Shown: piece by piece, positions 50,659 to 61,807 of the stretch
Position numbering within the stretch: the stretch's first letter is position 1
Layout of the letters: every line of letters begins with the position of its first letter
From: Candidatus Bathyarchaeota archaeon
GTDB lineage: Archaea; Thermoproteota; Bathyarchaeia; Bathyarchaeales; Bathycorpusculaceae
Reading direction: 5' to 3'
Assembly: GCA_963775685.1 (NCBI GenBank)
Contig: CAVZJV010000014.1
Span: 1,760,001-1,824,000 of the forward strand
Length of the DNA stretch: 64,000 nt
The notes under the pieces: model-generated
Database searches by the model: none
The model's input: only the letters and a program-made list of their open reading frames with translations
What the model was told of the DNA's origin: nothing
Position numbers and translations under genes: made by a program

Positions 50659-50729
50659 TTTGAACCCACGAACCCCTGCGGGATAGGAGCCTCAGTCCTA
50701 CGCCTTTGGCCATGCTGGGCGACCTCCGC
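50642..50729 (-). tRNA. tRNA-Leu(GAG), intron-less, CCA encoded
   Basis: GCGGAGG...CCTCCGC-A-CCA acceptor; TAGGA-CTGAGGC-TCCTA anticodon arm; long variable arm; GGTTCAAATCC. Confidence 0.96.
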
Positions 50730-50888
50730 TTGTGTTGCGGAAATATAAGCAGGGCTCATTTAAAGGCTTTACTTTTGTGTTTAAGCGGAACTGTTTTAGG
50801 GATATTATGTTATAGTGTTTTGTGTGGTTGGGCAAGGTTTATACCACGCCAACTTATAGCGCTGTTATATATAGAATAGGTGTTAGAA

Positions 50889-51818
50889 ATGAAAATCAAT
50901 AAAAACATCCTTGAAACAATCGGAAAAACACCCCTAGTCCAAATAAACAAACTAACTAAAGGCGCCAACGCCACCGTAGTTGCCAAACTCGAAGCTCGAA
51001 ACCCAGGCGGAAGCGTCAAAGACCGCATCTGCCTAAGCATGGTAGAAGAAGCAGAAAAACAATTCTTAAAGCCCGGCGCAACCCTTATCGAGCCCACAAG
51101 CGGCAACACAGGCATAGGCTTAGCAATGGTTGCGGCATTTAAAGGCTACAAACTCATTTTAACCATGCCTGAAACCATGAGCGTCGAACGCCGCAACCTG
51201 CTAAAAGCATACGGGGCACAACTCGTGTTGACCCCTGGACCTGAAGGCATGGGTGGAGCAATCAAAAAAGCTGAAGAGCTCCTCGCAGCTACACCCAACA
51301 GCTTTATGCCCCAACAATTCAAAAACCTTGCAAACCCCAAAGTACACAAAGAAACTACTGGTCCAGAAATCTGGGAAGATACAGACGGCAAAGTTGACAT
51401 CTTAGTCGCAGGTGTAGGCACTGGCGGAACCATAACAGGCATCGCCCAGTTCATTAAACCTCAAAAGCCAGAATTCCAAACAGTAGCCGTTGAACCCGCA
51501 ACCTCGCCGGTACTGAGCGGTGGCCAGAAAGGTCCCCACAAGATTCAGGGTATCGGAGCAGGCTTCAAACCAGACGTTTTAAAGATGGAGTTGGTTGATG
51601 AGGTTTTCAAGGTAACAGATGACCAAGCGCTGCAGACGGCAAGGCAACTTGCCCAAAAAGAAGGCTTGTTAGTAGGCATATCCTCAGGAGCCGCAGCTTA
51701 TGCCGCTATAGAAATCGCGAAACGCAAAGAGAACAAAGGCAAACTTTTAGTAGTTATCCTTCCAGACACGGGAGAACGCTACCTGAGTACGGTTCTGTTC
51801 CAGGAACCAACAGCATAA
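50889..51818 (+). CDS. cysK: Cysteine synthase A
   Basis: [12 protein letters not shown] lysine, [32 protein letters not shown]. Confidence 0.95.
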   Translation: MKINKNILETIGKTPLVQINKLTKGANATVVAKLEARNPGGSVKDRICLSMVEEAEKQFLKPGATLIEPTSGNTGIGLAMVAAFKGYKLILTMPETMSVERRNLLKAYGAQLVLTPGPEGMGGAIKKAEELLAATPNSFMPQQFKNLANPKVHKETTGPEIWEDTDGKVDILVAGVGTGGTITGIAQFIKPQKPEFQTVAVEPATSPVLSGGQKGPHKIQGIGAGFKPDVLKMELVDEVFKVTDDQALQTARQLAQKEGLLVGISSGAAAYAAIEIAKRKENKGKLLVVILPDTGERYLSTVLFQEPTA

Positions 51819-51887
51819 CGTATAATCTGCACTCAAAAGAGCTTTTCTTATATTCCCCCATTCAACATAATGAGTTAAGGGAAAAAC

Positions 51888-52946
51888 ATGTCTACAAACC
51901 CAAACCAACCTAAAGACTGCAAAGAATGTAAAGAAAAGAACCGGGAACTCGATTGCTGGAACCCTGACCGCATGCTCGAAACTCTGTTACGTAACAGTGA
52001 TAATGTGGAGCAGGATTGGGTTGAAAAGGGTTTACCCAAACTTGTAGACGACCTAATGGGTAGCTACAAGCGGTTTGGCGGCATGGATCACCTTGAAGGA
52101 CGCGATCTGCCATCCAAAAAAGTCGTCATTGAAGTCTTGGAAGACTTATTCACAATTCTCTTCCCGGGCTATTTGGGCGACTCTGAAATTACCAAAGCTA
52201 ACGTCAAATATCATCTTGGAACGAAACTAACTTCAGTTAATACACGACTCACCGATGAGGTTGAAAAAAGCCTCAAGTACATCTGCCGTAAAATCAGCGA
52301 GTGCCCCCAGGACGTATGCCTAAAACGAGCGCATGTTGTGGTCAAGGAGTTGCTGGAGAAACTACCAGAAATCCGCTCGATGTTAAGCGGCGACATCCAA
52401 GCAGCCTACAGCGGCGACCCAGCAGCAGTCAGCACCGAAGAAGTAATACTCAGCTACCCCTGCGTTCTGGCAATAGCAACCTACAGAATGGCTCACGAAC
52501 TCTACCTAAGCGGAGTACCTCTGATCCCACGCATAATGAGTGAGCACATGCACTCCCTTACAGGCATCGACATCCACCCTGGAGCGAAAATCGGCAAAAA
52601 CTTCTTCATCGATCACGGAACTGGCGTTGTCATTGGCGAAACCGCGGAAATTGGCGACAACGTCAAACTATACCAAGGTGTAACATTAGGCGCACTTAGT
52701 TTTCCAAAGGACGAGAAAGGAAACATCATCAAAGGCAGAAAACGCCATCCAACCATTGGGAACAACGTAGTCATCTACTCAGGCGCAACATTGCTTGGAG
52801 CAGAAACAGTAATCGGTGACAATGTCGTCATAGGTGGAAACGTCTGGATAACTAGCCCCGTAGCTTCGGGAACAAAAATCACCATAGCAACACCAGAGCA
52901 AAAGTACAAGATGGAAAACCACCACACCGAAAAACCCAAGACCTAA
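51888..52946 (+). CDS. cysE: Serine O-acetyltransferase
   Basis: [36 protein letters not shown] hexapeptide region; follows cysK. Confidence 0.93.
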   Translation: MSTNPNQPKDCKECKEKNRELDCWNPDRMLETLLRNSDNVEQDWVEKGLPKLVDDLMGSYKRFGGMDHLEGRDLPSKKVVIEVLEDLFTILFPGYLGDSEITKANVKYHLGTKLTSVNTRLTDEVEKSLKYICRKISECPQDVCLKRAHVVVKELLEKLPEIRSMLSGDIQAAYSGDPAAVSTEEVILSYPCVLAIATYRMAHELYLSGVPLIPRIMSEHMHSLTGIDIHPGAKIGKNFFIDHGTGVVIGETAEIGDNVKLYQGVTLGALSFPKDEKGNIIKGRKRHPTIGNNVVIYSGATLLGAETVIGDNVVIGGNVWITSPVASGTKITIATPEQKYKMENHHTEKPKT

Positions 52947-54136
52947 CCTATTTGATATTGGTCTACCAGCATGTATATTCGTCCTTCTTGAGTACAAATA
53001 TAGAGCTCATTTTGCGCATCTGTGCCGAAAGATGTTATGTTTAGATTGGTTTTCAAAAGCTCCTTGTTTACAATGTTGCTTCTATCTTGAATTCCAAGTG
53101 CCCAAATGCGCCCCGACACGTAATCTCCATAGATGTAAGAGCCGATCAATTCCGTCAGCTTTGTCCCATGGTAAACATAGCCTCCGATGGTTGCATTACC
53201 CTGGTCGCGTCCATACTCCCAAATCGGCAACTCCAACCCCGACTCGTTACCGCCTCCATAAGGCAAGGTTCCTTCCATTATGTTCCATCCATAGTTCTTG
53301 CCCCCTGACACAACATCGATTTCCTCCTTCCGGTCTTGGCCAACATCGCCTGCCCAGAGGTCACCCGTGATTGAGTCGAAGCTGAAGCGCCAAGGATTTC
53401 GGAAACCATACGCGTAAATCTCTTCTTTGTAACCAGCAGTGTTACTAACAAAGGGATTGTCAGCAGGAATTTCATAGTTACTATTTTCCGAAGGATGCGA
53501 AACGTCAATGCGCAAGATTTTGCCCTGAAGAACGGAACGGTTCTGAGCATTACCATTCAAGTCACCATAGGGAGTTCCGTCACCCAAAGAGATGTAGAGG
53601 CAACCGTCTGGTCCAAAAGCCAATTGCCCACCAGCATGACTCTCATAGAGTTGTGGGATTTCCATCAAGATTTTTTGGCTATTTGTGTCAGCTACGTCTG
53701 AGTTATTCAGCTTGACAGACCACTGAGCAATGATGGTTTCCAACGGATTATCCACCAAATAATCAACGTAAAAATGTCCGTTCCCAGCGAAGTTGGGATC
53801 AAAAGCCAAACCCAAAAAAGCGCCCAAATGCACCCGATCACTTATATTAAGAAAAACGTTCACTTCAGAAACGTTTCTGTTCTTCTCAAAAAAATAGATC
53901 ACCCCCATCTGTCCAACTACAAAAAACCTGTTTGTTCCATCTTCCGGATTGTAAATTCCCACAGGGTGATCTAAAACAAGATTTGGGAATACAACCTCAA
54001 CCTTGTATTGGATGGGGATCTGGTGTGAAGACTGATTTATCATATTACAAACAAGCCCGCTTCCTAAGAGAGATATTATCAGAATTGCTGATGCAATTAG
54101 CCATTTGTGTTTCAAAAAGAATCCTCCTCGCATCAT
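52943..54136 (-). CDS. PQQ-dependent glucose/sorbosone dehydrogenase family beta-propeller, membrane-anchored
   Basis: [37 protein letters not shown]. Confidence 0.9.
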   Translation of the reverse strand: MMRGGFFLKHKWLIASAILIISLLGSGLVCNMINQSSHQIPIQYKVEVVFPNLVLDHPVGIYNPEDGTNRFFVVGQMGVIYFFEKNRNVSEVNVFLNISDRVHLGAFLGLAFDPNFAGNGHFYVDYLVDNPLETIIAQWSVKLNNSDVADTNSQKILMEIPQLYESHAGGQLAFGPDGCLYISLGDGTPYGDLNGNAQNRSVLQGKILRIDVSHPSENSNYEIPADNPFVSNTAGYKEEIYAYGFRNPWRFSFDSITGDLWAGDVGQDRKEEIDVVSGGKNYGWNIMEGTLPYGGGNESGLELPIWEYGRDQGNATIGGYVYHGTKLTELIGSYIYGDYVSGRIWALGIQDRSNIVNKELLKTNLNITSFGTDAQNELYICTQEGRIYMLVDQYQIG

Positions 54137-54274
54137 TAACTTTTATGCGCTTGGATACTTATTGAATAGTCAATCGAAGAATTTATTCTTAATCTAAAAC
54201 TATTAATGGCTGAGGGTCTACTCAAATTATATAAACAGTATGTAGCTATCAAATGGGGGTATTGGGTACGGCAC

Positions 54275-54730
54275 TTATGGGTAGAGTAGGCGGAAGTTTT
54301 CTTTCACAGTTGTTAAAACTACGTGGGTGTTTGTGCGTTCGATATAGGGAAGAGAGAGCAATTTTTTGGTGAAGGTGCCCAAGTCTTCTCGGCTTTTGAA
54401 TTTGGCAACTATTATGGCGTCGGTAAGGCCTGTTACGTCATAGACTCCGCATACGTTGGGGATTTTGGCAATTTCACTCTCTGTTTCTACGAGTCTGCCT
54501 TTGGAGACGGTAATTTCGGTAACTACTGTTAGTTGGTAGCCGAGTTTTTCGTGGTCTAAAATGACAGAATACCCTTTGATTAGTCCTTCTTCTTCCATTT
54601 TTTTGATTCGGGATAGTACAGTACCAACTGAGACGCCGACGTTTTTAGCGATTTGTCTACTGGAGAACCTTGCGTCCTCTAGGAGCCCTTTGAGGATTTT
54701 TACGTCAGTTTCATTCAATTCCATAACCAT
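54275..54730 (-). CDS. Lrp/AsnC-family transcriptional regulator
   Basis: LNETDVKIL...DAR HTH, GLIKGY, YDVTG. Confidence 0.92.
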   Translation of the reverse strand: MVMELNETDVKILKGLLEDARFSSRQIAKNVGVSVGTVLSRIKKMEEEGLIKGYSVILDHEKLGYQLTVVTEITVSKGRLVETESEIAKIPNVCGVYDVTGLTDAIIVAKFKSREDLGTFTKKLLSLPYIERTNTHVVLTTVKENFRLLYP

Positions 54731-54932
54731 TCACCTGCACGTTTTTTCAGCCAAACTGGCTTTTTCGGGACATCTTTCTGATAATCAGATGATTAAGCTA
54801 ATAAAAGTTTAGTATTCCGTTGAACCAATGAATACCGGACAGATTTGCCAGAAATAAAAAAGATTTTGTTACCAGAAAAAAGACAGTAATGTTAAATTAG
54901 ACGCTAAACCCCAATAGTTCTGAGCCACTCCT

Positions 54933-56483
54933 ATGCAAACGAAATACGACACCATCCTAGTCTTGGATTTTGGCGGTCAATACTGCCACCTAATCGGCAG
55001 AAGAATCAGAGAACACGGCGTCTACTCAGAAATTGTGCCTCATGACATTTCTCCCGAAGAATTGGCGGCTTTAAACGAGAAATTCAATGTTAAAGGACTG
55101 ATATTTTCAGGCGGACCATCAAGTGTCTACGAACCAAACGCACCAAGGCTTCACCCGCGTATTTTAGAGGTAAATCTACCAATTTTGGGCTTATGTTATG
55201 GGCACCAGCTATTAGCTCAGATAACGGGCAGCAAAGTTGAACCAGCTTCTTGCAAAGAGTACGGCATCGCGCAGGTAACAATCGACAAGCCAGTGGGCAT
55301 ATTGGAAGGTTTAGGAGAGAAAGAACAAGTTTGGATGAGCCACGGCGACACAGTCTTTGCTCCCCCATCAGAGTTCGAAGCCTTAGCACACACAGAAAAC
55401 TGCCCCGTCGCCGCGTTCCGACATAAAATCAAACCCATCTACGGTCTGCAGTGGCACCCAGAAGTCATCCACACCGAAAAGGGTATGCGCATGCTGGAAA
55501 ACTTCATCTTCCAAGTCTGCAAATGCCAAACCAACTGGCAAATGGAAGACCTCATCGGAAAAATGATCAAGGAACTCCAAACTGAAACCCAAGGAGCCAG
55601 AGCCATTATCGGTTTAAGCGGAGGCATAGATTCCAGCGTCGCCACGGCAATTGCAGCAAAAGCTCTTGGCGAAAAGTTGACAGCGGTTTACGTGGACCAT
55701 GGCTTTATGAGGGAGGGCGAAACAGAACAAATCCGCGAAGCTTTCCAAAAATTTCCCATCCGCTTCATCGTGGCCAATGCCCAGGAACGGTTTATGGCAA
55801 AACTAAAAGGCGTTACAGAGCCTGAGACCAAAAGGAAGATAATGGGTGAAGAATTCATCAGGGTCTTTGAGGAAATCGCCAACGAATCGAACGCAGAATA
55901 TCTAATCCAAGGCACGATATACCCAGACAGAATTGAATCAGGATTCCGCAAAAACTCGGACAAAATCAAAAGTCACCACAACGTTGCAGGGTTACCCGAG
56001 AAGATAAAGTTCAAGAAAATCCTTGAGCCCCTCCGCGATCTTTACAAAGACGAAGTCCGCAAAGTCGCAAGAATGTTAGATCTACCCAAAGAAATCGTTA
56101 ACCGTCAACCATTCCCGGGACCAGGCTTAGCTGTTCGGATAATCGGGCCATTAACGGATGAAAAGGTTACAATTGCAAAGAGAGCCGACAAGATTGTCCG
56201 GGAAGAGATTGAAAAGAATGGCCTATCGGAAAATCTTTGGCAGTACTTTGCGGTGGTAACGGACACGAAAGCCACCGGCGTTAAGGGTGATGCCCGCGCA
56301 TATGGTTACGTGGTTGCAGTTCGAGCGATGGAGAGTCGTGAAGCCATGACTGCGAGTTTTGCCAAGATACCCTATTTGGTCCTTGAAAAGATTTCCACGA
56401 GAATAACAAATGAAATTTCACAGGTTACCCGAGTGGTCTACGACGTTACCCACAAGCCACCCGCAACCATCGAGTGGGAATAG
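54933..56483 (+). CDS. guaA: GMP synthase (glutamine-hydrolysing), single-chain
   Basis: LDFGGQY, GLCYGHQ, QWHPEV, SGGIDS, KSHHNV, KPPATIEWE. Confidence 0.96.
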   Translation: MQTKYDTILVLDFGGQYCHLIGRRIREHGVYSEIVPHDISPEELAALNEKFNVKGLIFSGGPSSVYEPNAPRLHPRILEVNLPILGLCYGHQLLAQITGSKVEPASCKEYGIAQVTIDKPVGILEGLGEKEQVWMSHGDTVFAPPSEFEALAHTENCPVAAFRHKIKPIYGLQWHPEVIHTEKGMRMLENFIFQVCKCQTNWQMEDLIGKMIKELQTETQGARAIIGLSGGIDSSVATAIAAKALGEKLTAVYVDHGFMREGETEQIREAFQKFPIRFIVANAQERFMAKLKGVTEPETKRKIMGEEFIRVFEEIANESNAEYLIQGTIYPDRIESGFRKNSDKIKSHHNVAGLPEKIKFKKILEPLRDLYKDEVRKVARMLDLPKEIVNRQPFPGPGLAVRIIGPLTDEKVTIAKRADKIVREEIEKNGLSENLWQYFAVVTDTKATGVKGDARAYGYVVAVRAMESREAMTASFAKIPYLVLEKISTRITNEISQVTRVVYDVTHKPPATIEWE

Positions 56484-56702
56484 ATCCTATTTTTGCTCAC
56501 CAGTTTTTACAAATTAATGGACTTAAAAACCAGCCAAATACAATTTGGCTCCTCTTGTAGAATACATTGTAGAGTTTTCTAACAGACTCAAATACGACCA
56601 AATATCTTGGGGTTATTTTGAGATATATGAACCATCAGTTCAGATTTTAACGCCGTAACGGTTTAAATAAAAAAGCCAGTATTACAATACAACATAATCA
56701 AG

Positions 56703-57776
56703 GTGACTGCTCTGAAAGCGTTAATTTTAGCAGGCGGCTTTGCCACAAGACTTCGACCCCTAAGTTGCTCTAGACCCAAAACTCTTTTCCCAATAGTCAA
56801 CAAACCTCTGCTTCAGTGGACTTTTGAACGGTTAGCTAATATCGGGGTGGACGAAGCTATCCTAGCAGTCAACGCACTTACCCAATTCTACATTCGTCAA
56901 CATAAACCGTCAAAATGCGGCTTGAGAGTGCACTTTTCTGTTGACCCACCAAAGACTCCCCTGGGAACAGGTGGACCCCTTAAGAAAGCTGAGAAGCTAA
57001 TCGGACATGACGAGCCGTTTATCATGTTAAATGGCGACATCTATGCCGATATTAATTATGGAGAACTGCTTGAAACCCATAGAAAAACTGGCGCATTAGC
57101 CACTATTGCGCTCTGCAAAGTCGACGATCCATGCAGTTTTGGCGTAGCAGATCTTCAAGGAAACCTTATCAAGCGGTTCGTAGAGAAACCATCTAAGGGA
57201 CATGCACCAAGCAACCTAATAAACGCTGGAGCCTACATTCTTAGCCCAGAAGTTTTTGGGTACATTCCTGAAGGCAAAGCGGTTTCTTTGGAACGAGAGG
57301 TTTTTCCCAAGTTGGCAGATGAGGGCAAGTTGTGTGGGTACTGCATCAATGGCTTATGGATAGATATTGGCAAGCCCCAAGAGTATTTGAAGGCAAACAA
57401 GATAGTCCTCGACGCCATTTCAAAAAACGTTAAACAAGAGAAGCCAGCAACCTTCGTTTTGAAGGACCCCGTTGCCTTGGATGAAGGCGTCTCTATCGGG
57501 AAAAAATCAGTCATCGGTCCATACGCAATTATAGGCAAAAACGTCAAGGTCGGTGCAAACGTTCAAATCTCCAATTCAGTCATCTTTGCAGAAGCCCACA
57601 TAGCCGACGGCTCAATCCTAAACGGAGCAATTGTCGGCGAAGGAGCAAAAATAGGCAAGGGCGTTACGCTTCCTAAGGGCTGTGTTGTAGGCGATCTCGC
57701 TAAGGTTAAAGACAACGTGCACGTGAATGATGGCACAGTAATTTGTCCAGCAAAGGAAGTCACTGAAACATTTTAA
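56703..57776 (+). CDS. Sugar-1-phosphate nucleotidyltransferase (mannose-1-P guanylyltransferase-like)
   Basis: LAGGFATRLRPL, LGTGG, FVEKP, WIDIG, C-terminal hexapeptide repeats. Confidence 0.9.
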   Translation: MTALKALILAGGFATRLRPLSCSRPKTLFPIVNKPLLQWTFERLANIGVDEAILAVNALTQFYIRQHKPSKCGLRVHFSVDPPKTPLGTGGPLKKAEKLIGHDEPFIMLNGDIYADINYGELLETHRKTGALATIALCKVDDPCSFGVADLQGNLIKRFVEKPSKGHAPSNLINAGAYILSPEVFGYIPEGKAVSLEREVFPKLADEGKLCGYCINGLWIDIGKPQEYLKANKIVLDAISKNVKQEKPATFVLKDPVALDEGVSIGKKSVIGPYAIIGKNVKVGANVQISNSVIFAEAHIADGSILNGAIVGEGAKIGKGVTLPKGCVVGDLAKVKDNVHVNDGTVICPAKEVTETF

Positions 57777-57818
57777 AACCTAGACTTGTTTGTTAACTAA
57801 GTACTGAGTTGAATTTAT

Positions 57819-59189
57819 ATGAGTACCAGAAAGCTTTTTGGAACAAACGGAATCAGAGGCATAGTCAACGTAGAATTGACGCCTGAAATGGTCATCAAAG
57901 TTGGAGCTTGTATTGGAACTTTTTTTGGCAAAAACAAAAAAGTACTTTTAGGGTACGACGCTCGAACCAGCGGACCTATGTTCGCAGGAGCAGTCATCTC
58001 TGGCTTAAATGCCGCGGGTTGCAACGTGTATTTCGCCGGCATGGCGTCGACACCAGCAATTCAATTCGCCACAAAAAACCACAAGATGGACGGTGGCGTA
58101 ATAATTTCAGCATCCCACAACCCACCAGAATACAATGGTATTAAAGTGATTTGGAACGACGGCATCGAAACCTCACATGAACAGGAAACTGAGATAGAGA
58201 ACATTTACTTTGACAACAAAATTGTTTATGCCAAATGGGACCAGTTAGGTGAGAAACATGAGTTGCCCGACATCAACGAGGAGTACAAAGACGCCATCAA
58301 AAAACATGTCGACCAAGCTAAAATAGCTGCTAAACATTTCCATGTTTTGGTTGACGCCGCCAATAGCGTGGGAGGGATCGCTCTGCCCCCACTGTTAAGG
58401 GAACTGGGCTGCAAAGTCACAACCCTAAATGCCAACATAGATGGAACCTTCCCCGGCAGACTGCCCGAACCTAGACCAGAAAGTCTAGGCGATTTATCTG
58501 CAACCGTGAAAGCCGTGGGCGCAGATATGGGCATTGCTTTTGACGGGGACGCAGACCGCTCCATATTTACTGATAGCAACGGCACGATTTACTGGGGCGA
58601 CAAAACCTTTGCTGTCGTGATAAAGCAGTATCTGCTGAAGAACCCGGGAGCAAAAATCGTAACGCCAGTTAGTTCATCGACCTTAATCAAAGATACAGTT
58701 GAAGCCTACAAGGGCGAGTTGATTTGGACCAAAGTCGGCAGCGTAACCGTTTCGCAGACCATGAAAATGGAAAACGCCAATTTAGGCGGAGAGGAAAACG
58801 GCGGAATCTTCTATCGCCCGCACCAAGCCGTCCGCGACGGCGCCATGACAACAGCATTGCTGCTCAACATTATGGCAGATACGGGAAAGTCTCTTGCTGA
58901 ACTTGTCGCTGAAGAACCGCAGTACTTTATTGAGAAAGGCAAAATTGAATGTTCCGACGACAAAAAAGCAGTTCTGCAACAGAAAATTTATGAACAAGTC
59001 AAAGACGAAAACGTATCCACTATCGATGGAGTGAAAATCTGGTTTAGTGACAGAAGCGCAATTCTGATTCGTCCAAGTGGTACCGAGCCGGTTTTCCGTT
59101 TGTACGCTGAAGCCAAAAACCAAGCAAAAGCATTACAGCTAGTCGAAGACTACAGCGCAAGGCTTAAGAAAATCCTCCAAACCTTATAG
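57819..59189 (+). CDS. glmM: Phosphohexomutase (phosphoglucosamine mutase/phosphomannomutase)
   Basis: FGTNGIRG, SASHNP, FDGDADR, GGEENGG, RPSGTEP. Confidence 0.85.
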   Translation: MSTRKLFGTNGIRGIVNVELTPEMVIKVGACIGTFFGKNKKVLLGYDARTSGPMFAGAVISGLNAAGCNVYFAGMASTPAIQFATKNHKMDGGVIISASHNPPEYNGIKVIWNDGIETSHEQETEIENIYFDNKIVYAKWDQLGEKHELPDINEEYKDAIKKHVDQAKIAAKHFHVLVDAANSVGGIALPPLLRELGCKVTTLNANIDGTFPGRLPEPRPESLGDLSATVKAVGADMGIAFDGDADRSIFTDSNGTIYWGDKTFAVVIKQYLLKNPGAKIVTPVSSSTLIKDTVEAYKGELIWTKVGSVTVSQTMKMENANLGGEENGGIFYRPHQAVRDGAMTTALLLNIMADTGKSLAELVAEEPQYFIEKGKIECSDDKKAVLQQKIYEQVKDENVSTIDGVKIWFSDRSAILIRPSGTEPVFRLYAEAKNQAKALQLVEDYSARLKKILQTL

Positions 59190-59206
59190 CACCCCAAACT
59201 TTATGG

Positions 59207-60547
59207 ATGAAAAAGCCAATGCCTCCAGTTCTAAACCTGAAACCCGAAGAGATTGATACCGACGAAAAACGCTCAAAATTCGTTGTTAGCGTTATAGGTT
59301 GTGGGCACAAGGGAATCTTTTACGGTAACGCTTTTGCGGAAGCGGGGTTTAGAGTTATCTGCACAGACGCGGATCCGTCAGTTATTAAGAAAGTTTCGAA
59401 GGGAAAAACAGGCAGTTCGAAATCGAACCTTGAAGCTAAACTAAAAGGATACATCAATTCAGGGCAGATAAGCGTTAGTTCTGAACGTAAAAAAGCCGTT
59501 TCTCAAAGCGACATAGTCCTGATGGCTATTGGGGCAAAAGTTGACGCACAGAAAAAAGCTGATTATTCGCAGATAATAAGTGCATGTAAACAGGTTGGTT
59601 CAGGTCTCCAAAGGGGAGCGTTGGTGATTTACTGTGGTGTGACAGGCATTGGCTTTATTGATGGCGCGGTGAAGGAGACATTGGAGAACACTTCCGGGCT
59701 TAAGGTTGGGACGGATTTTGGTTTAGCTTACAGCCCAATCCTTACAGTAGAAGCCTCAGTTACCAATGTGGAGTTAAAGGTTGCAGCCGCCGAACAAACA
59801 AGCCTATCTGCCGCTTCAACCATCCTGAAAACAATAACAAGAGAAGTAAAGGAAATCAACGACATAAAGCTGGCAGAAACGGCAGCCCTTTTTGCTGGAG
59901 CAAAGCAGGATGCAAACAGGGCACTAGCCAACGAACTTGCGGTTTTCTGTGAAGAAGCAAGAACTGACTACTTTAAAGTCTTAAAGTTGCTTGAGCTTAA
60001 CGACCCAAGTTTTATGCCGTCGATAGTAGAAGAAGAAAACCGAAATGAAGCGTACTTGCTGCTTGACAGCGCTGAAAACTTGAATGCCAAACTTAGGCTT
60101 CCATCTTTGGCCAGACAGATAAACGAGGATATGGTTAAGCATGCGGTTAATTTAACGCAGGATGCTCTACGAAGTGGCGGCAAACCTTTGCGGCGGGCAA
60201 GGGTTGCAGTTTTGGGCTCTACCGATCCTGCGTCGGCATCAGGTGTTTTTGTTAAGATGATTGAGCAGAAAGGCGCCAAACCTACCCTCTTCGACCCCAC
60301 TTCGAAGTTGACATCTCAGGAATGGCGTGTTGTGAAGGCCAGCCTAAATGAGGCAATTGAAGGCACAGACTGCATCGTAATCTTAGTGGGGCAGGAACAA
60401 ATCAAAAATCTGAACCTAAAGAAGTTTAAGCCTTTGATGAAAACGCCATGTATAATCGTTGATTTAACAGGTGTTTTTGAACCCAAAAAAGTTGAGGCAG
60501 AAGGTTTCTTATACTTTGGCTTGGGAAGAGGTACTGATAAAAATTGA
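59207..60547 (+). CDS. UDP-glucose/GDP-mannose dehydrogenase-family protein lacking the catalytic motifs
   Basis: Rossmann GCGHKG, ALANELA, ARQINEDM; no GGxC catalytic Cys. Confidence 0.8.
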   Translation: MKKPMPPVLNLKPEEIDTDEKRSKFVVSVIGCGHKGIFYGNAFAEAGFRVICTDADPSVIKKVSKGKTGSSKSNLEAKLKGYINSGQISVSSERKKAVSQSDIVLMAIGAKVDAQKKADYSQIISACKQVGSGLQRGALVIYCGVTGIGFIDGAVKETLENTSGLKVGTDFGLAYSPILTVEASVTNVELKVAAAEQTSLSAASTILKTITREVKEINDIKLAETAALFAGAKQDANRALANELAVFCEEARTDYFKVLKLLELNDPSFMPSIVEEENRNEAYLLLDSAENLNAKLRLPSLARQINEDMVKHAVNLTQDALRSGGKPLRRARVAVLGSTDPASASGVFVKMIEQKGAKPTLFDPTSKLTSQEWRVVKASLNEAIEGTDCIVILVGQEQIKNLNLKKFKPLMKTPCIIVDLTGVFEPKKVEAEGFLYFGLGRGTDKN

Positions 60548-61494
60548 AGAAACTTGGCGTTGCAGTAATTGGAACTGGACAGTGGGGAAAAAACCACGCA
60601 AGAGTCTACAAAGAGCTCCCCTCAACTGAACTGGTCGCGATATGCGATGTTAACGCTGAAAGAGCGAAAGCGATGGCGGCGCAGCACGGAGTAAAAGCGT
60701 ATTCTGATAGCGCAGAAATGCTTAAGGACAAAAGCATAGAGGCTGTGAACGTTTGCACTTGGTCAACCATTCTGGCGCAAGAAGCCATGAAGGCATTAAA
60801 TGCTGGGAAACATGTTTTGGTTGAAAAACCCATGGCAACAACTCCCCAGCAGGCAGAGGAGCTGGTCAAAACCGCAAAGGAGAATGGGTTGCATCTGACT
60901 GTGGGTTTTCTTATGAGGTTCATTCCTGGGTTACAGATGATTCGCAAATCTGTTGAGGATAAAAAAATTGGCGAACTGGTCTGCGCCACTGCTAAACGCG
61001 TTTCGCAATGGCCTGAACGTATCGGCGATGTTGGCGTCGTTAAAGACACCGCCATCCACGATATCGATGTTATGCGGTTTATTTCTAACGCCGACCCAAT
61101 TTCGGTTTACGCCAAGATGGGCAGCATGAGAATTCAAAAATTTGAAGACTACGCACACATAATGCTCACCTACAAGGACGGAAAAAGTGCTTTTATTGAA
61201 TCCAACTGGCTTACTCCCTACAAGACCCGCACCTTAACCGCAACGGGCAGCGATGCAATCATGCGACTCGACTACATTACACAGGACCTATGGATTGAAC
61301 AGCAAACACAAACTGTACAACCGCGTTATCCCTTCCAAGAACCCTTAAAAGCTGAGTTGCAACACTTTGTCGACTGCATTGTAGAAAAGAAAAAGCCAAT
61401 TGTGACAGGCGAAGATGGTATCAGAGCCCTAACGGTCGCTAAAGCAGCTATTGAATCTTCAGCTAAAAACAGAGCGATAGAACTAAAAAACTAA
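60544..61494 (+). CDS. Gfo/Idh/MocA oxidoreductase (nucleotide-sugar 3-dehydrogenase-like)
   Basis: GTGQWGKNH, HVLVEKP, DVGVVKDTAIHDID. Confidence 0.9.
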   Translation: MKKLGVAVIGTGQWGKNHARVYKELPSTELVAICDVNAERAKAMAAQHGVKAYSDSAEMLKDKSIEAVNVCTWSTILAQEAMKALNAGKHVLVEKPMATTPQQAEELVKTAKENGLHLTVGFLMRFIPGLQMIRKSVEDKKIGELVCATAKRVSQWPERIGDVGVVKDTAIHDIDVMRFISNADPISVYAKMGSMRIQKFEDYAHIMLTYKDGKSAFIESNWLTPYKTRTLTATGSDAIMRLDYITQDLWIEQQTQTVQPRYPFQEPLKAELQHFVDCIVEKKKPIVTGEDGIRALTVAKAAIESSAKNRAIELKN

Positions 61495-61499
61495 AAAAA

Positions 61500-61769
61500 T
61501 TATTTTAGGTTGAACGGCTTACCTTCAGAAACAGTTTTTTGGGGCGCTTTTGCCTTCCATTTCTTTAAGAACGGTAAATCATCTGCTTCTTTGCGCAATT
61601 CATCAGGAAGCATTTCGGGAATTTCATCGCGGATAGGGTACCACCTTTGGCATTTGGGACAGACGATTAAGCCTTCTGTGATTTCGTCTTTTTCTTCGAA
61701 GACATAAAGTTCAAGTGGATGATACTTGTCAATTGGGCAAGCGAGGATTTCCATTAATTTTCTTTTCAT
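61500..61769 (-). CDS. trm112: Trm112-family methyltransferase activator
   Basis: LMEILACPIDK...CPKCQRWYPIRDEIPEML. Confidence 0.9.
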   Translation of the reverse strand: MKRKLMEILACPIDKYHPLELYVFEEKDEITEGLIVCPKCQRWYPIRDEIPEMLPDELRKEADDLPFLKKWKAKAPQKTVSEGKPFNLK

Positions 61770-61807
61770 GCAGTTTCCACGGAATAGAATAGGGCGTAGT
61801 TAAGTTA

